Source: Candidatus Kapaibacterium sp.
Lineage (GTDB): Bacteria > Bacteroidota > Ignavibacteria > Kapaibacteriales > UBA2268
Direction: 5' to 3'
NCBI GenBank assembly: GCA_963665665.1
Contig: OY762428.1
Location: 3,296,001 to 3,360,000 of the forward strand
DNA: 64,000 nucleotides
Positions 11,301 to 20,761 of this stretch are shown here, in pieces. The notes beneath the pieces are model-generated. The model worked only from the letters and a program-made list of their open reading frames with translations, was not told where the DNA came from and did not search any database. The translations under genes and the position numbers were made by a program. Position 1 is the first letter of the stretch. The number at the start of each line of letters is the position of its first letter.

Positions 11301-12388
11301 TGCTTTTGCCGGAATACCAGGTTGAGATAGATTCGATTAACGGCCGGTATGTAGGATCAGGAGGTGATACAGTTAAACTTGAAGCTCTTGCCAATGTTAA
11401 TATCAAGGGGCATATTCGCAAATTAATGAGCGATACCCGGGACGATACTTTTGACGGTATTGCCGTTATCACAATGCTGGACGGTGACGAGAGTATTGTA
11501 GTTGAAGACGTTGACGGGTCTAATCATTATATTCTTCGCCATGGCGGCGCTTTGAACAGGAGTTCATATCTTGTGGAATCCGGAATGTTCCAGGCTGATT
11601 TTATTCTGCCAAGGGATATCAGTTTCAGTGAAGGCCTTGGAAGGTTTTATACCTATGCATACTCCGATGATGACCGTTTTGCCAAAGGTGCTACAAGGTC
11701 ATTCAGGATAAATGGTATAACAAGTTCTGCCGGTGATGATAAAGAAGGCCCTGAAATAAATATATATCTTGATTCCAGGGATTTTCTGCCCGGAGATATT
11801 GTAAGGGAAAGTCCGCTACTGATAGTTGACCTTTCAGACGAATCGGGGATTAACACAACAGGAAGCGGTATAGGCCACAGAATAGAAGCCTGGGTTGACG
11901 ACGATCCTCAATCCATTGACCTGACTGCAAGCTTTGTTACATCAACGGAAAATCCGCGCGAAGGTTCAGCCGAGAAAATTCTATATAACCTTGAAGCAGG
12001 CCTTCACACTGTAAAAGTCAGGGCATGGGATGTGTATAATAATTATTCTGATGCAGAAACCTATTTCAGGGTATCAAACGACGGCACTATTATAATTGGC
12101 GAGATAATCAATTATCCCAATCCTTTCCCTGAAACAACCACTATCAGGTTCCAGCACAATGCGGAACCACCCTATATGGTTGAAGCCGGGATATATAATA
12201 GCTATGGCGCCAAAGTCAGAACGTTGAAGCATCAATTGTCAACAACCCATACATCCGAGATATTCTGGGACGGGCTTGATTCCGAATCAAAAATGGTATC
12301 TGCAGGTGTTTATATTTTAGAGTTGACAATAACGGATTTAGATGGCCGAATGGCTAATAAAGCAGCCAGGATGATGATAATGCGATAG
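8375..12388 (+). CDS. porU: Type IX secretion system sortase PorU (peptidase C25)
   Basis: 1337 aa; C25 core (DPTAIRDF, GDGHFDYK, AIGR, catalytic VGHG and TCDYGRFD, LLGDP); PorU C-terminal region (D.SGINTTG.GIGH, VRAWDVYNN); T9SS CTD; directly upstream of porV. Confidence 0.92.
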   Translation: MIMLRNSLVAFFVAVLVLAFIRTADADTYTSKGIIVKNSTANALELEVSPVLKGFSKIKTTDNAICVMPEIKGSKIDYTIPGVPAEPYLSVPVTVPSPEGFKIVSVEIDGLAIHTGNIAPVPDFEITNNEAVPVYKNTDNFNVGNNNPGPKDFVTMEYDGRAGFRYVAVLKIKTALAGNNSIFIPEKIKIRIVFDAPDKTVLRNNIPDNIKFSVNHNETKSFLIDDSKVFLKKNQEKILSSDNEFVKLKIEKEGVYVITASDLSSLGIDIPASEVKTIKLFGRGGKELSEVQQDGLNSTMGEQEIIVRTKNDGSLDKIYFYAAPANGFEYDGNSFIHYINNYSDNNYYLLGWGGSDGKRASGISQPAEAPVETPLVYTHRVFFEEELYNPYSYGSGRTWLGRNLMPATFTEQLHNLAESGNILYRFSVAHRSDNAGEFTITENNNILTTISLSSTKAKYLDAIRKSREAELSVNNITSRDRTVMNFSYKSSSGTSAISWFDWYEVHYPREFVPIDNELNFFTDDNWNGVYKFNINHFGSSEIIGFDVTESDNPLLVENKASTGGMFIFKQELEEGNPRRYFISSKFRSPSMEKISIAGLRNDLSGADFIIISPREFENSAIKFKNYREANSNLTAKVVFVDDIYKEFSSCIPDPTAIRDFLGFALTNWEEKPTYVCLWGDGHFDYKLISTKNKNFIPPYESEELSDELDATDSYTSDDYFVKLLGDDVRVDLAIGRITIGSDEEGAWIVDKIDHYEHESSGDSWRTMVTLVADDSPSGDSSSDSNRHTSDSEQLSRGYVSEDMQQRKIYMPEYPSENVPGGLRKPGVTEDLLEAVNVGGSLLLNWVGHGNPRVWAHEEILERSITIPKMVNMDKLFFLTAATCDYGRFDMADVRCGAEEMLLSKYGGAIGVFSSSRLVYAQQNSEINASFYTNMFSRDPETNEYLRLGDIMYNVKQEFTRSNDKKFYLLGDPTMRLLLPEYQVEIDSINGRYVGSGGDTVKLEALANVNIKGHIRKLMSDTRDDTFDGIAVITMLDGDESIVVEDVDGSNHYILRHGGALNRSSYLVESGMFQADFILPRDISFSEGLGRFYTYAYSDDDRFAKGATRSFRINGITSSAGDDKEGPEINIYLDSRDFLPGDIVRESPLLIVDLSDESGINTTGSGIGHRIEAWVDDDPQSIDLTASFVTSTENPREGSAEKILYNLEAGLHTVKVRAWDVYNNYSDAETYFRVSNDGTIIIGEIINYPNPFPETTTIRFQHNAEPPYMVEAGIYNSYGAKVRTLKHQLSTTHTSEIFWDGLDSESKMVSAGVYILELTITDLDGRMANKAARMMIMR

Positions 12389-12625
12389 CAGGTTGCATTT
12401 AGAATCTTATTGGTTATAAGGCAGCTGTATTTAACGGTTGAAATATTAAAGTGTTAATATTTATGAAAATTTTAAATTAATTTTGTAAATTAGTCGTTTA
12501 CAAATTGAAAAATTTCGAATTTTATCAAAAATTGAAGGTTCCGGTATAGAAATTGTTACCACATGATGCAAAAAGCAGAATGTAATTGAGAAAAATATTA
12601 TTTTAAAGTTCGGAGGAATCGATAA

Positions 12626-13732
12626 ATGAAGCTAATGCTTAATGCTAAAATCATCGGGTTAATGGTTATTGCCTTGCTGGCATTTAATGAAGTACACGCG
12701 CAGGGTGGCGGCGCAGCCGTTCCATTCCTGAGAATTTCCCCGGATGCCAGGGCAAGTGGCATGGGGGAAACCGGAACAGCCATAGCTGATGATATTAATG
12801 CAATTTACTGGAACCCCGGCGGGCTGGCATTTCACGGGTATGTAGATGACCCGTTTGAAACTGAGGAAGAACCTATTCCTTACCGCCAGATCGCTTTGTC
12901 TTTTTCCCCATGGCTTCCGCAATTCAACGCCGACCTGTTCTATAGTTATGGTACAATCGGACAGTATTTCGAAGTTCTTGACGGTACGGTGGCATTTAAT
13001 TTTCTGTTTATGAATCTTGGTGAATTTATTCGTACAGCAGAAAACGGACAGCAACTTGGAAGATTTATTTCTAATGAGTTTTCAATAGGACTTTCCTACG
13101 GAACAATTATTGCAGATGATCTTGGTGTTGGTTTCCAGCTGCGTTACATACAGTCAAACCTTGCTCCGATTAATACAGGACAGTCCGGGGCCGGTACGGG
13201 TATAAGCGGTGGTTTTGATATTGGTATCTTATGGAAACCGCAGGACCTTGATATTTTCGGATGGAAAGCTGAGGACTTTTTCTCAGTTGGGTTGAACCTG
13301 CAGAACGTAGGGCCGAAAGTAACTTACCGAAGCGAATCTGACCCGTTGCCTACAACGCTCAGAATGGGTACAGCATTCCATGTGCTTGGTGATGAGTATA
13401 ACGACCTTACTCTGGCCGTTGACGTAGCAAAACTACTTGTTAAAAGGGATAGCCTTGGTTCCGACCCCTTGCCTAAATCACTTGTAACTGGCTGGGAAAA
13501 CAGTGGCGCTGAGTTTGCTATGGGCCTTGAATACTGGTATGACAATATAATTGCTCTCAGGGCAGGATACTTTACCGAGCCGTCAAATCTTGGCGACCGT
13601 CAGTATTGGAATTTCGGTGCCGGTGTTCGTTACGATATTTTCAGGCTTGACTTCAGTTTTATCAATACGATTGAAGAGAATCATCCCCTTGCAAACACGA
13701 TGCGATTTTCGCTGCTTGTCGACTGGGAATAA
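12626..13732 (+). CDS. porV: Type IX secretion system outer-membrane shuttle PorV
   Basis: 368 aa; AVPFLRISPDARASGMGETG...YWNPG...PWLP; C-terminal HPLANTMRFSL. Confidence 0.93.
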   Translation: MKLMLNAKIIGLMVIALLAFNEVHAQGGGAAVPFLRISPDARASGMGETGTAIADDINAIYWNPGGLAFHGYVDDPFETEEEPIPYRQIALSFSPWLPQFNADLFYSYGTIGQYFEVLDGTVAFNFLFMNLGEFIRTAENGQQLGRFISNEFSIGLSYGTIIADDLGVGFQLRYIQSNLAPINTGQSGAGTGISGGFDIGILWKPQDLDIFGWKAEDFFSVGLNLQNVGPKVTYRSESDPLPTTLRMGTAFHVLGDEYNDLTLAVDVAKLLVKRDSLGSDPLPKSLVTGWENSGAEFAMGLEYWYDNIIALRAGYFTEPSNLGDRQYWNFGAGVRYDIFRLDFSFINTIEENHPLANTMRFSLLVDWE

Positions 13733-13751
13733 CCTGATAAAAGATATGAAG

Positions 13752-13790
13752 AAAAAAAAACCGGTAGATTTTAATTTCCCGGTTTTTTTT
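13752..13790 (+). terminator. Intrinsic terminator after porV
   Basis: A9-ccgg...ccgg-T8. Confidence 0.7.
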
Positions 13791-14046
13791 GTTTAGGATT
13801 ATTTGAAATCAGTAAAGATTTTTGGTGAAGAATTGTGAGAATTTTATGCATTCATGTTTTTGGAACTCTATAAAAATAATCCCTTGATAAAGCTTACTTA
13901 AGGTAATACTTCGTTTCAAAACTTCATTGGAATATAATTATAACTATAATTAATAATATGTGTTGCTTTTTACATTAATATTTATTAATATTCTATAGTG
14001 TTCGTATTGATATTAAAGTTGTCAACATTTTACAGGAGTATAGACC

Positions 14047-16836
14047 ATGGGAAGTTTCAGAAATATCGCAGCAACAGCCCTGATGATTATAGCTTTTCTA
14101 CTGGCAAATAATAGCGCACTTGCGGAAATACCTGCTCCGGAAGATTTCGAAGTTGAACTGGATGAAAATAATGGTGTAACATTTATAAATATAACATGGG
14201 AGAAAAACAATCAGGGAGACAGCCCGGAATATTATAATATCTACCAGGCTGATGAAAGAACCGATAATGTTGACGATTTTGAACTGCTTGAACAGATTGA
14301 GATCACTAATCAGCAGCAAAAGAAATACACTTATAAAATTGATAATCCCGAACCCGGCGAATATAGCTTCTTTATAAAAGCTTCTTTGATTGATGACGGG
14401 CAGGAAGTTTTCGGCGAGGCAACGGATATTAAATATGCTGTGGTTCCCGACGATTCAACCGAGGCTTACGTCGAGATAACTTCCGAACCGGAAGAGGATG
14501 CCGAAGCCGGCAAACAATTTATTTACAATGCAAACGCCGAATCGAATATTAACTGTCCCATTAACTGGGAACTGGTTTCCGGCCCTGACGGAATGGAAAT
14601 AAACGAAAATTCGGGCGTTCTATCCTGGACGCCTGAGCAGGCGGGAGAATACGACATTGAAATAAAAGCTTTTCTGAGTTGCAGTACTGACGTTGAAGAT
14701 ACCCAGAGCTTTACGATTGAAGTTATTGACCAAATAAATGAAGCCGAAGTGGAGATCACTTCAGAACCGGATACGGAAATAATGCTTGGAGATGATTTTG
14801 AATATCAGCTAACAGCCGAAACAAATGTTGACTGCGGAATACTCTTTGAGTTGAAAAATTCTCCTGAAAGCATGACTATAAGCGAGGCAGGACTGATTGA
14901 ATGGACTCCTGAAGAAACAGGAAATTATCAGGTTGTTGTCAGGGCATATCTTGATTGCGACCACACCGTAAGCGATATGCAGGCCTTTACAATCCAGGCT
15001 TACGATCCGAATGACGATGCTGAACTGGAAATTGTTTCTGTTCCTCCGACCTCAGCCTATATAAACAAGCAATATATTTATAAAATAAAATCCAAAACAA
15101 GTGTAAAATGCGATGTTATTTACACTCTTAAAGATGCACCCGAAGGAATGACACTTGAGGACAACGGGCTTATAAAATGGATGCCGGGAACAGCCGGGGA
15201 ATATGATATTTCAATCGGCGCTTACTTAGATTGTGCCGAAGAAGTAACTGATTCGCAGGAATATATACTGAAGGTTTATGACGGCGCTATTACCGAATCC
15301 TGTGCAACAATAAGCGGCGAGGTAGAAGACAGTGACGGTAATTTCATTGAATACGGTACTGTTATGGCGTGGAATCTTGGCGGGGACAAAAGCGGCAATG
15401 TTGTTTACAGGGCAGATATTGAGAACGGCCAGTACAGCATGGAAGTTTCGGACGGAACTTATGTAATAAAATTCAATGCAGATGAATTTATTCCGGAATG
15501 GTATGATGATACAAACGGTATGAAAGATGCCGCGAGGATTGAAATTGAATGCGACGACGCATTAACGATTTCAGCAATACTGGATGCTGCCGAAGAAACT
15601 GTAAACTACAATGTTTCCGGGATGGTTGTCAGTTCGGAGGACAATACCCCGGTGATGGCAAAAGTACATTTCATCCCTGTTGGCAACAACAAACATGAAA
15701 ATGACAACAGCAAAGGCAATACTTTCTTTACCGAAACTTTACAGGACGGAAGCTATTCCATCAGCCTGCCTGACAACTATACGTATATAGCCCAGGCAGT
15801 ACCAATGCAAAATTCAGAGTTCAGGCTGCAGTTTTATAATGCTGTTTACGATGCAACTGAAGCAGAAGAAATTGAACTGGATTCTGATTTGAGCAGAATA
15901 GATTTCTACCTTGAAGGGGCGCTGAATTACGATAACGGATTTTCCGGCTCTGTAATGAATGAAGACGGGGATGCTCTTCAGGCCGTTATGATGGTTAGGC
16001 TGGCAGAACCGGCAGATGAAAACGAGGATAATTATAAACACTCGTATTCAGTTGAAACAAACGAAGACGGAGAATATTCTTTCACGAATGTCTTGCCTGG
16101 CAAATATGTTCTGTTATCACGGCCAGTTGATAATGACTACATACCCGGTTTTTATAATTCTGATGGTACAGTAGTTAAAAAATGGAAAGAATCAGACCAG
16201 ATAGAAGTTATCGACGCAATGGTGGCAATGCAGTTCGACTGCATCCATTCATTGAAACGCGATCAGGAAGGCCTTGGTAAAATTAACGGCAAAGCACTGA
16301 AAGGGGAAAGCGGAAAGATCAATTTTGGTGATCGTCCACTCGGAACGGATCCTTTGCAGGGAGCTTTGATGATGCTCAAAGACGACAATGATATTGTTGT
16401 TGCTTATTCTTTCTCTGACGTAGCAGGTGATTATCTTCTTGAAAATATTGAACCTGGCGAATATACCCTGGCTGCCGAAAAGATCGGGTTTGAATATATT
16501 CCCGAATCACTGACTGTAGATTTTTCCGAGAATATTGAAATAAATTCGGATATGGTTCTTGAAGAAGAAACTTCAACAGGCGTGGATGAAACCTTAGCCG
16601 GATTGAAAATTTCTCCGATTCCGGCTTCCGAACACCTGAATATAAGTTTTAGCAGTTTGAATGGCATTACGAATATCAGGCTTTTCAATATGTTCGGTAA
16701 GGAAGTTTATACTTCGGGTGAAATCCTGAACAGAACGTACAGGATTGAACTTAATATGCTGCCGCAGGGCTGGTACACAGTACAAATTCAAACGAACGGG
16801 AATGTATATTCAAGAAGTATTATCATTATCAAATAA
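14047..16836 (+). CDS. T9SS-secreted surface protein: Fn3, three Ig-like (He_PIG/cadherin-like) repeats, carboxypeptidase-regulatory-like repeats, CTD
   Basis: 929 aa, acidic; three repeats of EI.S.P...C....L...P.GM.....G...W.P...G.Y...AYL.C...D.Q; CTD ISPIPA...PQGWYTVQI...IIIK. Confidence 0.8.
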   Translation: MGSFRNIAATALMIIAFLLANNSALAEIPAPEDFEVELDENNGVTFINITWEKNNQGDSPEYYNIYQADERTDNVDDFELLEQIEITNQQQKKYTYKIDNPEPGEYSFFIKASLIDDGQEVFGEATDIKYAVVPDDSTEAYVEITSEPEEDAEAGKQFIYNANAESNINCPINWELVSGPDGMEINENSGVLSWTPEQAGEYDIEIKAFLSCSTDVEDTQSFTIEVIDQINEAEVEITSEPDTEIMLGDDFEYQLTAETNVDCGILFELKNSPESMTISEAGLIEWTPEETGNYQVVVRAYLDCDHTVSDMQAFTIQAYDPNDDAELEIVSVPPTSAYINKQYIYKIKSKTSVKCDVIYTLKDAPEGMTLEDNGLIKWMPGTAGEYDISIGAYLDCAEEVTDSQEYILKVYDGAITESCATISGEVEDSDGNFIEYGTVMAWNLGGDKSGNVVYRADIENGQYSMEVSDGTYVIKFNADEFIPEWYDDTNGMKDAARIEIECDDALTISAILDAAEETVNYNVSGMVVSSEDNTPVMAKVHFIPVGNNKHENDNSKGNTFFTETLQDGSYSISLPDNYTYIAQAVPMQNSEFRLQFYNAVYDATEAEEIELDSDLSRIDFYLEGALNYDNGFSGSVMNEDGDALQAVMMVRLAEPADENEDNYKHSYSVETNEDGEYSFTNVLPGKYVLLSRPVDNDYIPGFYNSDGTVVKKWKESDQIEVIDAMVAMQFDCIHSLKRDQEGLGKINGKALKGESGKINFGDRPLGTDPLQGALMMLKDDNDIVVAYSFSDVAGDYLLENIEPGEYTLAAEKIGFEYIPESLTVDFSENIEINSDMVLEEETSTGVDETLAGLKISPIPASEHLNISFSSLNGITNIRLFNMFGKEVYTSGEILNRTYRIELNMLPQGWYTVQIQTNGNVYSRSIIIIK

Positions 16837-16857
16837 GTATAAATGATAAACTTGAAT

Positions 16858-16888
16858 AAAAAAAAGCCCCGAAATCCGGGGCTTTTTT
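16858..16888. terminator. Bidirectional intrinsic terminator
   Basis: A-run-gccccg-aaatc-cggggc-T-run between convergent genes. Confidence 0.85.
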
Positions 16889-16909
16889 AAATATTATATT
16901 AAACTGATA

Positions 16910-18415
16910 TTAGTCGTTGTTCATCAGTTTGTCTTTGTCAAGATCTGAAAGAAGATCGCCAAGAGTGAAGGCTGTATCAGATGAAGAAGGCTTGGGAGCT
17001 GACATAGGCCTGTCAGATCTCTGGCGCGGTTTCCTGCGATTTTCTTCTCTTGCCTGCTGAATCATTTCTTCGTCAACAACAGGAGCAAAGATCAGAGATT
17101 CTTCTTCGGGAACTATGTCCACAACAGTAACCTGGATTTTCTCGCCAACCTGGAAAGGAATTTTCTTGCCTTTAAGGATGTGCTTCATTTTGCTGCGCGG
17201 CATAAATCCGTCAACTTCTTCGCCAACACTTACAATAGCGCCCTGAGGAACTATCTGTGTAACTTCGGCTTCCATTTCTTTGTCTGCCGGATATTTGTCT
17301 TTCAGTTCATCCCATGGGTTGGGCTGAGTTCTCTTGTAGCTTAAAGTGATAGTCTTTTTATCTTCATTGATAGCAATGATTTTAATATCAACTTCGTCGC
17401 CTGCCTTGAAAACTTCAGACGGGCTTTTCAGCCTTTTTGTCCATGAAATTTCATTTGTACGGAGAAGTCCGTCAACACCCGGTTTCAGTTCAATATAAGC
17501 GCCAAAATCAGTCAGGCGGCGAACGATACCTTTATGAACAGAGTCAATCGGGAATTCTGTCGGAACGTCGTCCCATGGTGATTTTTCAAATTCTTTGTGG
17601 CTGAGGGCAATCCTGTTTGTTTCCCTGTTTGCTTCAACAACCACAGCTTTGATATTCTGGCCTTTTTTAACAATGTCTTTTGGATCTTCAACGTGAACCT
17701 GCGAAAGCCTTGAGATATGAATAAGGCCTTCAACGCCGCCAAGGTCAACAAAAACGCCGAAAGAAGCTATTGAAGAAACAATACCTTCAACCTGCTGTCC
17801 CTCGGAAATATTATCCCAGAATTCATTTTCAAGGATATTTTTACGGGTAACGATTACAGTTTTCCTTCCATGTTCGTCTTCCTGAAGTTCATGGATTTTA
17901 ACTTTGATATCTGTCCCGACGGAATTCAGCATCTGATCTTCTGTTGGATTCCTTTTAAGTGAGAAATGCGATGCCGGGAGGAAAAGCTGCATATCATCAT
18001 AGACAACCCTGAGGCCGCCCCTGATTCTGCTTAGAACGTTAACAGTAATTGACTCGTCGTTTTCTTTGATTGTCTTCAACTGCTCGAAAGTGGCATTTTC
18101 TTTTTCTTTCATATCATTAACTTTCGGAGCGGGCGTCGTTTCTGCTGTAGGTTCAGCTTTTTTCTCTTCCTGGTTTTGCACTTCAGGTGTGGTTTCTGCC
18201 GGGGATTCATTTCCGCTTTCTGCCGGGGCTTCTTCTTTAGCCGGTTCGGCCGGGGCTGTTTCCTCTGTTACCGGAGCTGCTTCGGCAGCAGGTTCAGCCT
18301 GCGGATTTGTTTCGCCGGAAGAAATCTGTTCAGATGTTTCTGCCGGAGTATCCTGGTTTGTTACAGTTTCATTAGTTTCATTCATGTTAAGCTCTTCGTT
18401 AGCCATATCGCACAC
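16910..18415 (-). CDS. Ribosomal protein S1-like multi-S1-domain RNA-binding protein (start may be the ATG at 18406)
   Basis: About four S1 repeats (FGVFVDLGGVEGLIHIS, FGAYIELKPGVDGLL, LSYKRTQPNPW); RpsA-like C-terminal FTLGDL; long Glu/Ala/Pro-rich N-terminus. Confidence 0.85.
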   Translation of the reverse strand: MCDMANEELNMNETNETVTNQDTPAETSEQISSGETNPQAEPAAEAAPVTEETAPAEPAKEEAPAESGNESPAETTPEVQNQEEKKAEPTAETTPAPKVNDMKEKENATFEQLKTIKENDESITVNVLSRIRGGLRVVYDDMQLFLPASHFSLKRNPTEDQMLNSVGTDIKVKIHELQEDEHGRKTVIVTRKNILENEFWDNISEGQQVEGIVSSIASFGVFVDLGGVEGLIHISRLSQVHVEDPKDIVKKGQNIKAVVVEANRETNRIALSHKEFEKSPWDDVPTEFPIDSVHKGIVRRLTDFGAYIELKPGVDGLLRTNEISWTKRLKSPSEVFKAGDEVDIKIIAINEDKKTITLSYKRTQPNPWDELKDKYPADKEMEAEVTQIVPQGAIVSVGEEVDGFMPRSKMKHILKGKKIPFQVGEKIQVTVVDIVPEEESLIFAPVVDEEMIQQAREENRRKPRQRSDRPMSAPKPSSSDTAFTLGDLLSDLDKDKLMNND

Positions 18416-18687
18416 CTAATTAAGTGAAAAAAATCTCGGAGAGTATTTAAAGCTTGTGAAATTATACTCAAATTAATTATATAATAAAACTTATTAAGTC
18501 TTTTACAGAAAACAAAAATAGGGAATAATTTAATAACCCAAAAAACATTTTTCAACTTTTTTTAAAAATTTTATGATTTTTTTAAAAATTGTATGCTCAA
18601 TGACAATATTTTTGAATTATTAATTGGAAATTCTTTCAATCGAGGTCTTCATATATTAAAAATTCAGATTATTATAAAATAACAAAA

Positions 18688-18725
18688 TGACATTTTTTTG
18701 ACATCTCTTTAACTTCCTGCTGACA
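18688..18725. promoter_or_regulatory. Array of TGACA direct repeats at 11-bp phase (candidate winged-helix regulator site)
   Basis: TGACA at 18688, 18699 and 18721; degenerate TAACT at 18710. Confidence 0.45.
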
Positions 18726-18790
18726 AATCCAATTTTGGCCAATGTTATATTGCCTCCGGATATTTTTTTAACCATAACCGGAGAATCGAG

Positions 18791-20665
18791 ATGAAAACAT
18801 TTATAATAACATTCGCTGCCGTACTTTTAAGTGTCCTGACCCTTAAAGCAGAAAAGACTACCCTTACAATCCTGCACGTGAATGATACTCATTCCTGCCT
18901 TAGCCCCGGCGCACCACGCGACGCTTCCCTGAATGGTAAAATTGGCGGCATTGCAAAGGCTGCCACAGTAATAGGTATGGTCAGGCAGGCAGATCCTGAT
19001 GCAATGGTCTTCCATCCCGGGGATATGTTCGTTGGCGATCTGTTCTTTAACAAATACTTTGGTGCTGCTGAATTCGGATTGATGAAACAGCTTGGATTCA
19101 CTGCAATGGGGCTGGGAAACCATGAGTTCGACCTTGGCCCGGAAGCTCTTCTAATGGCTTTACAGGAGGGTTTCGGAGCAGAGCCTTTACCGATATTATC
19201 AGCAAATATTAGTTGCGATGATGAAAATTTATCACCATTAACTGATTTAATTTCACCATATATAATCAAAGAAGTTAAAGGAATAAAAATCGGAATTTTT
19301 GGTATTACGTCTCCGGCTGCTATGGAACTGTCTGATCCCGACCCGATTTTGATAAATGATGATATGGAATCAATTCTTCCCGCTGTTATCACCGAGATGA
19401 AAATGGCCGGAGCCGAAATAATAATAATGCTATCAGGCCTTGGTGAACAATACGAAGTTCCTCTGGCAGAGGCGATTCCATATATTGATATTATCATTGG
19501 CGGTGATAATCATTATGTATATGATAAACCGCTGAAAGTAAATAATCCCGGAGGCAGTTCAACATATATTGTCCAGGCTGGCCCATTCTACAGGAATATC
19601 GGTAAGTTCGAGATTGAGTATGACAATGGTATAAGTAACGTGAAATGGGAAAATATTGCCCTTGATGAAACCATACCCGAATTCCCGGACGTTAAAGCCT
19701 ATGTGGACCAGCTTATTTCAGGAATTGAAGAAACATACGGGCCGGTTTATACTTCTCAACTTACAAGCGCCTCGGAAACATTTATCGAGGAAATGACGAG
19801 CGATGCCCTTTCAAAAAAAGGCGAAAAGGATACGCCGGTTGGAAATCTTGTATGTGAAGCATTCCTTGCTGCATTTCCCAACGCAGATGTAGCTATCGAG
19901 CCTGGCGGGTCAACTGCACAGCCAATCTATGCCGGAGCGGTAACACCCGATGATATTTATCGGACTATCAGCTATGGCTTCAATACTGATAACGGGTTGG
20001 GATTCAGAATGGCTACCTTCGATGCTACCGGAGCAACACTGGCAGCAGGGCTTGAACTCGGGCTAAGCATGATAGAGCAGGATGATGAATTCCTGATACA
20101 ATGCGCCGGAATGAGCTATAATTATGATGCCTCAAAAAATGAATTCAACAGGCTTACGATGGTATTAATTGATGGTGAGCCTTTAAACCCGGAGGCAACC
20201 TATACAATAGTTACCAATGAATTTGTACCGATGGTATTTTCAGCAATGGGATTTGAACTTTCCAACATTACTATCCATGAAGGCCTGAGCGAATTCCAGG
20301 TGGTTTCAGGATACCTGCAGAATATGAGTGAAATCACGCCCGTTCAGGATGGCAGGATATACAGCGAAAAAACTATCGGCGTGGGGAAAAGAAAAAATAA
20401 TTCGAAGAAAGGAGTAAACGATGTGAAGGTTAGTCCCAACCCATGTTCTGAAACTCTTGAAATTTCAATAGATACTGATCTTTCTTGTTCATCAAAGGTT
20501 AAAATATATGCAAATAACGGACAGAGTATATATCAGGTAGAAATTCCAGCGGGGAGTAATATCAATGAAAGTATTGATATATCTGATCTCAGTACCGGGC
20601 TTTATTTTGTAATAGTTAAAAACGGAAGTAAGGTTCGTACTGCCACATTTAGCATAGTCAGGTAA
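18791..20665 (+). CDS. 5'-nucleotidase / metallophosphoesterase with T9SS CTD
   Basis: 624 aa; HVNDTHS, PGD, LGNHEFDLG, SANI motifs; 5'-nucleotidase C-domain; CTD VSPNP...STGLYFV...SIVR. Confidence 0.9.
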   Translation: MKTFIITFAAVLLSVLTLKAEKTTLTILHVNDTHSCLSPGAPRDASLNGKIGGIAKAATVIGMVRQADPDAMVFHPGDMFVGDLFFNKYFGAAEFGLMKQLGFTAMGLGNHEFDLGPEALLMALQEGFGAEPLPILSANISCDDENLSPLTDLISPYIIKEVKGIKIGIFGITSPAAMELSDPDPILINDDMESILPAVITEMKMAGAEIIIMLSGLGEQYEVPLAEAIPYIDIIIGGDNHYVYDKPLKVNNPGGSSTYIVQAGPFYRNIGKFEIEYDNGISNVKWENIALDETIPEFPDVKAYVDQLISGIEETYGPVYTSQLTSASETFIEEMTSDALSKKGEKDTPVGNLVCEAFLAAFPNADVAIEPGGSTAQPIYAGAVTPDDIYRTISYGFNTDNGLGFRMATFDATGATLAAGLELGLSMIEQDDEFLIQCAGMSYNYDASKNEFNRLTMVLIDGEPLNPEATYTIVTNEFVPMVFSAMGFELSNITIHEGLSEFQVVSGYLQNMSEITPVQDGRIYSEKTIGVGKRKNNSKKGVNDVKVSPNPCSETLEISIDTDLSCSSKVKIYANNGQSIYQVEIPAGSNINESIDISDLSTGLYFVIVKNGSKVRTATFSIVR

Positions 20666-20761
20666 TTGCTAAGTTAATAATTGCTCAGTTGGTAATTGAC
20701 TGTGTTATTTAAATATATACCGGCATTTACCAACTGAGTATAAAATCAGGAGGCAACTAAA

